Shown piece by piece: positions 56,912 to 64,000 of a DNA stretch of 64,000 bases. The stretch lies in the sequence record ON529850.1, one strand, 5' to 3'. A program made the position numbers and the translations under genes. A model generated the notes under the pieces. It saw only the letters and a program-made list of their open reading frames with translations, was not told the DNA's origin and made no database searches. Numbering within the stretch: position 1 is the first letter of the stretch; each line of letters begins with the position of its first letter.

Positions 56912-57087
56912 AGAATTCGCAGGGTCCCTCGCCCGAAAAATCGCCAGGGTCCCCAGCCGGAAAATTCGCAGGGTCCCCGGCGGCTGAATTCCGAGGGTCC
57001 CCGTCCAGGAGAAAATTCGAAAGGGTCCCCGCTGATGAATCGGCCGGGTCCCCCGCCGCTCGAAAGATGAATTCCGAAGGGTCCCCG
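56912..57087. repeat. Seven AATT...GGGTCCC(C) units
   Basis: GGG at 56922, 56947, 56971, 56995, 57023, 57046, 57079. Confidence 0.8.
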
Positions 57088-57394
57088 CCGGTCATACCCG
57101 GTAGGGCCAGGCCATACCCGCACGCCGGACGGGGTCATTAAGGTTAATGCGACCGCGTCGCAGTTCGCCGACCGACAGGGGCCGAGGGCCGCTCACTCTT
57201 GGGGACTCGATGGAAGAGTGGCGCCTTTACAACAATTTCTCTGTCAACACTTGCAGGACAAAAAGTCGATTCGGAATTTCCTCTTACGGACGCCCGACTT
57301 GAGACCCTTGTAAGGGAATGGGATGCGTTGAAAATCTGTTATAGGATTTAGAGTAGACCTGAGACAAACGAGAGTCCCATTGCAGCCTAGAGTC

Positions 57395-57424
57395 AAAGAA
57401 CCCCGCCGGGTTAGGACGGGGTTC
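57395..57424 (-). terminator. Intrinsic terminator downstream of terL
   Basis: GAACCCCG...CGGGGTTC hairpin followed by TTT on the minus strand. Confidence 0.7.
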
Positions 57425-57451
57425 AAGTGATTTTAAGGTTTGGCGGACGCC

Positions 57452-60187
57452 TTAACCGAAGGAGCCGATCTTCTTGGAGCCGTAGCGGGTGCGTCGGCCC
57501 TTCATGTATTTCAGCGCCTGGGTCATGGCGTCGACCTGGTCGTCGTGCGCCCCATCGGGGAACTGCGCCACTTCCTTGACGAAGCCGCTCAGCCATTCCG
57601 CGTCCTTGGGCAGGTAGACGTCGCCGGCGGTGATCAGGGGGCTCACCTCGTCGAAGCGGAACTCCTTGGACTGGCCGTGCGGGTCGATGCCGACGATGGG
57701 GGCCGGCGCCAGGCGGCGTTGCGAATCCGTCCGCCCCCGGTTCTGGATGTAGGCCGTTCCCTGCCCCTTGTCTTCGACCAGGATCACGTCCACGTCGTCG
57801 TCGATCGCCTGCTTCTCAATGAGCGGGATCATGTCGTTGAACTCGACCTTCTTGCGGGTCTGGCGCAGCAGGTGGTATTGCCCGTCGTGCGTCTCGCCCC
57901 AGGTCTGGGCCACGGTGTAGTCGGCCCGTTCCGTCACCTTGGCGGCGCAGTCGACCGACAGGACGATGCGACGGTAATAGGCGCGGCGATCCGGCTTGGC
58001 GCGGCCGACCTCGTCGATCTGACCTTCCTCGCGCGCCTTCTTCAGCGCCTCGTCGGTCTTGTGCAGCGGCTGGCGGTAGAACTGGAACTTCGACGCGACC
58101 GAGTCATCCGAGGTGGCGTCCGCCATCTGCTGATAGACCAGGGCGAATCGCTGGAACGTCCACTCGGTTTTCTTCGTCACATAGAAGGCGAGATCGTAGT
58201 AGTCCCACAGCACGTCGCCCAGCTTGCGGCCGAGCACGTCGTTCTCTTCATCGACGCACAGCGCCGGCGCCTCCACCTGGTGCCAGCGGGCGTAGGGCGG
58301 CAGGTGCTTGTTCATGTCCATGAGGTGTCCGGTCAGGTCGTGCTCATGGAAGCGCGTCATGATCAGGAACATCTTGGACATGGGCAGCATACGCGAGCCG
58401 ATGTCGCCGACGAACCAGGTGTTGACCTTCTCGCGCTGCACCGCGCTTTCGGCCTCCTCGATCTTGGCGTAGGGGTCATCGACGCAGGCGAAGTGCGCAC
58501 GGAAACCGTGGACGGCCTGACCGACGCCCTTGGCGACATACTGACCGCCCTTGCCGGCGATGGCCCATTGGTCGGCGGCGCGCGTCGAGTAGTCGATCAC
58601 CACCTCGGGGAAGACGCGGCGGAACTCGGGCGAGCCGACCAGGCCGCGAATCTTCTTGGAGAACTCGTTCTCGACGAAGCGTTGGGAGTGGCCCCCGCCG
58701 ATGATCTTCAGCGTCGGTTGACGCCCCAGACGCCAGGCGACGAACAGGCGCGAAGCATAGGTGGAGTTGTGCACCACCACCCCGTCGGCCAAGAACGTCG
58801 AGTCCTTGTAGACGGTCAGGCAACGGCACTCGCCCTGGCCCGCCGGGCTCACCTCCACCACCTTGTCGGTCGCCTTGGAGCCGTAGGGCAGGCGCTTGGC
58901 GATGAAGTCGGCGTCGTTGCGGCCGAGGAACTGCACCCCGGCGTCCAGCAGGGTTTCCACGGCCGGGCCGCGCACGATCACCTTGGGCAGACCGCGCTCC
59001 GGCGCCTCCATCCGGGCGTCCACATCGAAGCGCGCCAGCAGGCGTTGCAGGTCGCGCGCCAGGCCCGGCGACTTGACCGCCACCGACACCGTGGCCTGGC
59101 TGAAGCGTTTGGGCGTGGTGGCGCGCAGGCGATACAGCGTCGACAGATAGGCGCGCACCTTGGCGTCGTCGCCCTTGAACACCCATTCGGGCACGCGCCG
59201 TTCGGTCGCCCGCACCGCCATCCCCAGGGCGTCGCGCAGCGGCTTGGCGTCGAAGTTGCGCAGGCGCAGCATGTGGCGGCGGTTCGCCGGCAGCCAGTTC
59301 TTGTGATAGCGCACGCCCATGCGCGTCAACAGCGCCTCGGCCTCCTCCACCTGGTCGGTCTTGGCGAACCACAGTTGCAGGTTGAAGTAGGGCTTGCCGG
59401 TGTGTGGCGAGATCGCCTCGTTGAAGCCGCCGCAGACGGCGAAGAAGGCCGCCAGACGGAAGGCGTCCTCGCTCATGCCGGAGGTGTCGTTGCGCCCGTT
59501 CTGCTCGTCGATCGGACCGCCCACCACGGACAGGTTCATGCCCGGCCGCAGGTCTTCGGCGTTGATCCAGGCCGGGGCCGCGCCGGGGCGCGTGACCTGG
59601 AACGGATGGTCGGGAGCCGAATAGATGACCCGGCCCTTCTCGGTCTCGATCTTCAGCAGCGGCAGGACGCCCTGCTCATGCACCGCCTCGACCTTGCGGC
59701 GACGGCCGGTGTGGGTGATGACCTCCTCGCCCGGCGTGATGTCGGCGATGCGCTTCCACGAGCCGTCCCCCATCATGACCGGGGTGTCGACGTGCAGCGG
59801 CTTGGCGTGACCGGGCGGGCAGTTCAGGATGAACCGGTCCATCTCCGGGTCCATCTCGATCTTCTGAAGCAGTTCGGTCAGATAGACGTGCCAGGCCGAT
59901 TCCGGCGGCTCGTCCGGCGAGACGTATTCGCAAAAGGCGTTGAAATCGTCCCGCGCCAGCGGTAGAAGCTTCTCCAGGTGACGGCGTTGCAGCTCTTCGG
60001 ACAGGCTGTTCAGCGCCGTGATCTGCTGGTTGACGTCGTTGGTCTGGGTCAGGGCGTAGATGCCCTGACGGGTGACGTCCGGCAGGATGAGGCCGCGCTC
60101 GGCCGAGCGCTTGGCTTCCATCGCCAGGTTCTGCAACCGGCGCGACGACTGTCGGGCGCGGATGCGGTCTTCGATCAAATAGGTCAT
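57452..60187 (-). CDS. terL: Terminase large subunit containing an intein
   Basis: Spliced Walker A PPGHAK|ST; CVDDPY Walker B; MTRFHEHDL; nuclease SVDCA, EDKGQG, HDDQVDAMTQAL. Confidence 0.93.
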   Translation of the reverse strand: MTYLIEDRIRARQSSRRLQNLAMEAKRSAERGLILPDVTRQGIYALTQTNDVNQQITALNSLSEELQRRHLEKLLPLARDDFNAFCEYVSPDEPPESAWHVYLTELLQKIEMDPEMDRFILNCPPGHAKPLHVDTPVMMGDGSWKRIADITPGEEVITHTGRRRKVEAVHEQGVLPLLKIETEKGRVIYSAPDHPFQVTRPGAAPAWINAEDLRPGMNLSVVGGPIDEQNGRNDTSGMSEDAFRLAAFFAVCGGFNEAISPHTGKPYFNLQLWFAKTDQVEEAEALLTRMGVRYHKNWLPANRRHMLRLRNFDAKPLRDALGMAVRATERRVPEWVFKGDDAKVRAYLSTLYRLRATTPKRFSQATVSVAVKSPGLARDLQRLLARFDVDARMEAPERGLPKVIVRGPAVETLLDAGVQFLGRNDADFIAKRLPYGSKATDKVVEVSPAGQGECRCLTVYKDSTFLADGVVVHNSTYASRLFVAWRLGRQPTLKIIGGGHSQRFVENEFSKKIRGLVGSPEFRRVFPEVVIDYSTRAADQWAIAGKGGQYVAKGVGQAVHGFRAHFACVDDPYAKIEEAESAVQREKVNTWFVGDIGSRMLPMSKMFLIMTRFHEHDLTGHLMDMNKHLPPYARWHQVEAPALCVDEENDVLGRKLGDVLWDYYDLAFYVTKKTEWTFQRFALVYQQMADATSDDSVASKFQFYRQPLHKTDEALKKAREEGQIDEVGRAKPDRRAYYRRIVLSVDCAAKVTERADYTVAQTWGETHDGQYHLLRQTRKKVEFNDMIPLIEKQAIDDDVDVILVEDKGQGTAYIQNRGRTDSQRRLAPAPIVGIDPHGQSKEFRFDEVSPLITAGDVYLPKDAEWLSGFVKEVAQFPDGAHDDQVDAMTQALKYMKGRRTRYGSKKIGSFG
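58766..59800 (-). mobile_element. 345-aa intein with degenerate LAGLIDADG endonuclease inserted in the TerL P-loop
   Basis: Starts PLHVDTPV (Pro1 = residue 130); block B SAPDHPF; block F CRCLTV; ends VVVHN followed by Ser+1. Confidence 0.9.
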
Positions 60188-60202
60188 GGTGTCGTGTTAA
60201 GG

Positions 60203-60463
60203 TTAACGAGCCGGAACGGGCTCGACGTCGATGTCGAGCTCGGCGGCGCGCAGCAGCCCCTCGACGGAGGTCGCCAGCACTTCATCGCCACGATGGCGAG
60301 CGACGACCCGGATGGTGCGCACCGCCTGCTCCAGGCGGACGATGCGACGGCGAAGCGCCGAGGCGTGCGCCAGGAGCGCCGCGACGACGAAGGTGAAGGC
60401 CAGGACGATGCCGACCAGCAGGCCGGCGGCGAGCGCCGCGTCCACAGGCACGCAGGCGGTCAT
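60203..60463 (-). CDS. Small membrane protein
   Basis: Hydrophobic N-terminal helix; between terS and terL. Confidence 0.5.
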   Translation of the reverse strand: MTACVPVDAALAAGLLVGIVLAFTFVVAALLAHASALRRRIVRLEQAVRTIRVVARHRGDEVLATSVEGLLRAAELDIDVEPVPAR

Positions 60464-61146
60464 TCGGGAACCCCCGCGTCATCGTCCAGCTGGTCGAGCA
60501 CGCCCATGGCCTCGTCCAGGTCCGGCAGGTCGGCCCCCAGGGCGACGTCGGTCTCCGATCCGGTCGACAGCTCGCGCGCCTTAGCGAGGTTGGGGGCCGG
60601 CGGCGAGCGGACCTGACCGGCGATCAGCTCCATGGCGGTCTCGTGGGTGAAGTCGCGCGACAGGTCGGCCTCGGTGCGCTCGGCCGCCGGCAGGGCGTCC
60701 ATCGCCGCGCCCAGCAGGGCGTCCATCTTGTCCAGGTCCAGCGTCTGCGGCACGCCGCCGCCCTCGTCGCCGTCCGAGCCGCCCTGGAACATCCCCAGGT
60801 CCTTGCCGATCAGCTCCAGGGCCGCGTTCGATTCCTTGAACAACTCCGCCTTGGCGGCCAGGATCGCGTTCTCCGCCAGCTGCGAGATCACCCAGGCGCG
60901 CGACGCGCCGGTGATGGTGCCCACCACCTTGGCGGCCTCTCGGGCGGCGACCCGCTGCGATTCGCGCTGCGCCTGGTAGTCCTCGAACAGCTCGGCGATG
61001 CGCAGCTTGATCGTCTCGTCCTGCTCCAGGTGCGTGGTCGAGGTGCCGGGCGCATAGCCGGCGGCCTGCGCCGCCTGGGCGGGCTTCATCCCGCGCGCGC
61101 GGTGCTTGGCGTAGAGTTCGTTACGGTCGTTAGAAAGTCTTGGCAT
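60460..61146 (-). CDS. terS: Terminase small subunit
   Basis: N-terminal HTH (GMKPAQAAQAAGY), SRAWVISQL, AALELIGKDLGMF; upstream of terL. Confidence 0.8.
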   Translation of the reverse strand: MPRLSNDRNELYAKHRARGMKPAQAAQAAGYAPGTSTTHLEQDETIKLRIAELFEDYQAQRESQRVAAREAAKVVGTITGASRAWVISQLAENAILAAKAELFKESNAALELIGKDLGMFQGGSDGDEGGGVPQTLDLDKMDALLGAAMDALPAAERTEADLSRDFTHETAMELIAGQVRSPPAPNLAKARELSTGSETDVALGADLPDLDEAMGVLDQLDDDAGVPE

Positions 61147-61147
61147 G

Positions 61148-61390
61148 TCAGGCCTCGGAAAGGTCGATCAGCCGTCGGGTCAGCTTTCCGATGTGGATGT
61201 TGAGGTCGAGGAAGATTTCGTAGTAGGTGAGCGCCGCCACGCGGTGCTCTTCGATGAGCGCGTCCTTGGCGCCCTGGTGGGTCAGGGACAGGACCGAGGA
61301 CTGGTTCTCCATGCAGACCGCGAACGTCAGTTCGGAACGGTGCTTCAGCCGCTCGATCTCCGCCTGGATGTCGGCGCGGGTCTCGGTCAT
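61148..61390 (-). CDS. Hypothetical protein
   Basis: Coupled co-oriented ORF. Confidence 0.6.
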   Translation of the reverse strand: MTETRADIQAEIERLKHRSELTFAVCMENQSSVLSLTHQGAKDALIEEHRVAALTYYEIFLDLNIHIGKLTRRLIDLSEA

Positions 61391-61872
61391 GACGGCGCCT
61401 CGGCGAACTCGACGTCCACCACCACCTCGACGCCCTGATGGGACAGGGTGCGCAACACGTCCGACAGCCGCACCTGGTTCTCCTCCAGACCGTCGCGGTT
61501 GAGCGGCGGGGGCGCGTCTTCATCGTCGCCGTCGTAATCGTCCGCCTCTTCCGGGGTCAGGCTTTCGACGCCCATGCCGCAGTCGGACACCGCCAGCAGG
61601 TCTTCCGGCACGATGGTCTCCACCTCGTCCGGCTCGCGGCTTTCGTGCGGCAGATGGAAGCCCATCTTGACCTTGATAGGCACGCGGACCCGCACCAGCA
61701 TCTGCCCGCGAGAGTCCAGCACGCCGGTCGGCGTCAGGATGGGTTCGCGCGGGTCGTCGACCAGGTGATCGGCGGTCCACGAAATGCTACCGTCTTCACC
61801 CGGAATGGGTCCGGAACGCGGCCGGCTGCGCCAGGCGGTCAGTCGGCGCAGGGCGGCTTGGACTTGGGTCAC
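61387..61872 (-). CDS. Hypothetical protein
   Basis: Coupled co-oriented ORF. Confidence 0.6.
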   Translation of the reverse strand: MTQVQAALRRLTAWRSRPRSGPIPGEDGSISWTADHLVDDPREPILTPTGVLDSRGQMLVRVRVPIKVKMGFHLPHESREPDEVETIVPEDLLAVSDCGMGVESLTPEEADDYDGDDEDAPPPLNRDGLEENQVRLSDVLRTLSHQGVEVVVDVEFAEAPS

Positions 61873-62378
61873 TCAGGGAACTCCACCAAGGTCAGAGGTT
61901 TGGTCGGCGGCGTGCGCAGCAGCATGACCACGCCGTAGAGGCACAGGAGCGCCGCCTCGGCGCGGCCGTCGTCCTTGACACGGGCGAACAGCTTCAGCGC
62001 GCAAGGGAACATCTCCATGGCGCGTCGCCGCGCCTCGTTCTTGTCCTTGGGCGTCTTGGTGGCGGTCTTCCATTCCTGCGGCCGCACCTTGGTCAGCATC
62101 GAACGCGCCGCTGCGGCGCCTTCCAGGATGCCGAGCGCCCGGCCGAAGTTGAACGCGGAGGTCACGCCCATCTGCGGGCTCGACCACACGTCCTCGATCA
62201 CGACATAGTCAGGATCGGCGGCGATGATCGCCTGTCCGACGCCGCCCGGCGACACGGCTTCCTTGCCGCTGCGGCCCGGCTCGCGCGGCATGTCGGTGAT
62301 CGCCAGCGTCCAGGTCTCGGTGTCGATCAGCGCCAAGGCGCCGTTCTTGCCGGGGTCGATGCCCAGGATGCGGCTCAT
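61869..62378 (-). CDS. RuvC-like Holliday junction resolvase
   Basis: ILGIDPGKNGALA, VIEDV, SAFNFG, PQEWK, DGRAEAALL. Confidence 0.88.
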   Translation of the reverse strand: MSRILGIDPGKNGALALIDTETWTLAITDMPREPGRSGKEAVSPGGVGQAIIAADPDYVVIEDVWSSPQMGVTSAFNFGRALGILEGAAAARSMLTKVRPQEWKTATKTPKDKNEARRRAMEMFPCALKLFARVKDDGRAEAALLCLYGVVMLLRTPPTKPLTLVEFPE

Positions 62379-62542
62379 GAGGACACCGCCTCGGCGTCCA
62401 GCAGGGTCAAGGCGTAATCCAGCGCGGCGCGCTCCACCTCGTTCATGCAGGACGACGCCAGGCGATCACGCCACAGGCCCAGAACGACGGCGCAGGCGTA
62501 ACTCGCCTCGGCCTGCTCACAATGCGGGAAGGGTTCGCGCAT
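62375..62542 (-). CDS. 55-aa hypothetical protein (not in track)
   Basis: MREPFPHCEQ...; coupled to both neighbours. Confidence 0.5.
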   Translation of the reverse strand: MREPFPHCEQAEASYACAVVLGLWRDRLASSCMNEVERAALDYALTLLDAEAVSS

Positions 62543-62799
62543 CAGAATTCCGGCCCATAGCGCAGCGTCAGGCGATCCATCTCGTCGCCGTCATGAGCGC
62601 GTTGCTGCACGCGCAGCATGTTGACCTCGAACCGCAGGCGCTGGTTTTCCGCCAGCAGATCGGTCAGGGCGACGGACAGCTGCTGGCTCTGCGGATCGCC
62701 GGCGCGGGCCAGGTCGAGCGCCAGGTCTTGAAGGGTGGTCGGTTCGGACATCACAGGGTCTCTTCGGCGCGACGGCGCGCGGCGGCATGGGTCATCCAC
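62542..62799 (-). CDS. Hypothetical protein (coiled coil; probable start MSEPTTL)
   Basis: Coupled co-oriented ORF. Confidence 0.5.
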   Translation of the reverse strand: MDDPCRRAPSRRRDPVMSEPTTLQDLALDLARAGDPQSQQLSVALTDLLAENQRLRFEVNMLRVQQRAHDGDEMDRLTLRYGPEF

Positions 62800-62907
62800 G
62801 CCAGGGACAGGTCGTCGGCGTCGTTCCAGCGATCGAAGGCCGGCGTCAGCAGCATGACCGGCGGCTCCGACATCGACGGGATTTTCGGCGTAGCCGGGCG
62901 CGGGGGA

Positions 62908-63489
62908 TTAGGCATCCAGGATCGCCTTACGTTGTCGTGGGACGCGCCCCGTCGGGGCCTTGCCGGTGGTCAGGTTGGTGATGACCTGCTCGGCCAGGAC
63001 GCGGCGCGGATCACCCGCCTTCAGCAGCCCTTCGACCGGCTGCACCACTCCGGCGGCAAGCGAGCGATCCACCGCCACCACCTCGCCCATGCGCTTGCGC
63101 CCGGCGCCGTCGATCCATTCGATCTGTTCACGGTCCTTGGCGGGGAAGCGGTAGCCGGTGCGCATCACCCATTCGCTCGTGACCTGGCGCAGGGCGAAGT
63201 CGAGATGATGGGTGATGTCGCGCAGGATCAGGCACAGGCCCATGTCGGCGGGCCAGGAGTTCTCGTTCTTCAGGTGACAGGCGGCGCGAAAGCCGTCCGC
63301 CCCGCTGCGCCGCACCGCCGCGATCACGCCGGCGCAAATCTCATGCGGCTCCAGCGCCGGCACACGCGGGCGAAGCCAGTCCAGCAAAGCGGGGATATGG
63401 ACCTCGACCGAGCGGGCGATCACCGCATCCGCGAGAGGGTCGGGCCGGCCGTCGCCTTCGGGCAGCGGGCTGAGAGGGGCAGGAGCCAT
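62908..63489 (-). CDS. Hypothetical protein, first gene of the terminase operon
   Basis: Follows promoter at about 63557. Confidence 0.65.
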   Translation of the reverse strand: MAPAPLSPLPEGDGRPDPLADAVIARSVEVHIPALLDWLRPRVPALEPHEICAGVIAAVRRSGADGFRAACHLKNENSWPADMGLCLILRDITHHLDFALRQVTSEWVMRTGYRFPAKDREQIEWIDGAGRKRMGEVVAVDRSLAAGVVQPVEGLLKAGDPRRVLAEQVITNLTTGKAPTGRVPRQRKAILDA

Positions 63490-63533
63490 GTTTACCAGTT
63501 ACGCAGGCGGGTATAGCCCCGCTAACTGGCGAG

Positions 63534-63567
63534 TTTCTCTCACAATTTACAGCGAATGTCAAGAATC
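63534..63567 (-). promoter_or_regulatory. Putative promoter for the resolvase/terminase operon; shares ATGTCAAGAATC with the capsid-operon promoter
   Basis: Identical 12-mer at 63556-63567 and 2126-2137. Confidence 0.55.
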
Positions 63568-63688
63568 GCCACAAACGGAGTCAGTCTTACCGACAGACAA
63601 CGTCGACGTCAACCCGCCAGCGATCGAAATGGAATCAGCGTGACCGATGAGCGACAAATTCAAAATTCGTCAAAGGGGCGATTCTGAT

Positions 63689-64000
63689 TTTACCCTACCC
63701 CTATCATGTGAAGTAAGTAAGTTTTATATGGTAGAAAGAGTAACAAGGTGGAATTGATAATTATCGGCGCTGAGAGGCCGATTCTCTATTTACCCTACCC
63801 CTATCATGTGAAGTAAGTAAGTTTTATATGATAGATAAAGTAAAAGCACACTCCAGCGCCTTTCGGCGTCCTATCTCGTAAACTCACTCTTTCATGTTCC
63901 TTACAAAGTCCCATAAAGAGGTGGGTTCCGGCCTGGGGTGGTTATCTCTAACTCACTCTTTCATGTTCCTTACAAAGTCCCATAAAGAGGTGGGTTCCGG
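63689..64000. repeat. AT-rich island with two pairs of exact direct repeats (42 bp x2 and 51 bp x2)
   Basis: 63689-63730 = 63789-63830; 63881-63931 = 63950-64000. Confidence 0.9.

Larger units (their letters stand above)
55504..57151. repeat. 64-bp imperfect inverted repeat (55504-55567 and 57088-57151) enclosing a largely non-coding module
   Basis: Manual alignment 54/64 identical. Confidence 0.75.
1..64000. mobile_element. Segment of a large lytic phage genome, phiCbK-like (Caulobacter/Brevundimonas-type host inferred)
   Basis: Capsid, scaffold, portal, TerS, TerL and RuvC-like genes all co-oriented; no host housekeeping genes; high GC; CtrA-like and GANTC motifs typical of alphaproteobacteria. 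Confidence 0.9.

Noticed and set aside
56673-57095. 140-aa ORF with GDP repeats as a real gene
   Set aside because: Repeat spacing is not a multiple of 3, so units fall out of frame; only the final 37 codons have a leader
57440-59965. 841-aa plus-strand ORF
   Set aside because: Antisense shadow of terL
63689-64000. CRISPR array
   Set aside because: Only two copies of each of two different 42/51-bp repeats; spacer lengths inconsistent
1-64000. tRNA/rRNA genes
   Set aside because: No cloverleaf with T-loop and acceptor stem recognised by eye in the intergenic gaps; tRNAscan-SE would confirm

Overview
A 64-kb segment of a large, GC-rich tailed-phage genome, most consistent with a phiCbK-like phage of Caulobacteraceae (inferred from recalled major capsid protein, portal and terminase resemblance; no search was run). 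Essentially all real genes are on the minus strand. In transcription order (right to left): an AT-rich repeat island at the window edge; a RuvC-like resolvase, TerS, and TerL carrying a 345-aa Pro1 intein; then about 36 kb (19.8-55.5 kb) of roughly 45-50 self-contained cassettes. Each cassette has an A-tract, TTGAC(A/G)-N17-TAGRRG promoter, CAACGGAGACRCCC leader, one or two small genes, a GC hairpin terminator and GTTAAGGTTAAC / TTAA-N7-TTAA boxes resembling host CtrA sites. A secreted trypsin-like protease, the portal, an accessory block (Ntn peptidase, HD, DHH and DEDDh hydrolases, HNH), the scaffold and the start of the major capsid protein follow. Most notable: the cassette array, an unannotated 38-aa ArfA-like gene, antitoxin-like domains, a scaffold-tail motif on an unrelated protein, GANTC clusters, a 64-bp inverted repeat around a 1.65-kb mostly non-coding module, and a candidate antisense small RNA. 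No tRNA, rRNA or CRISPR array was recognised.
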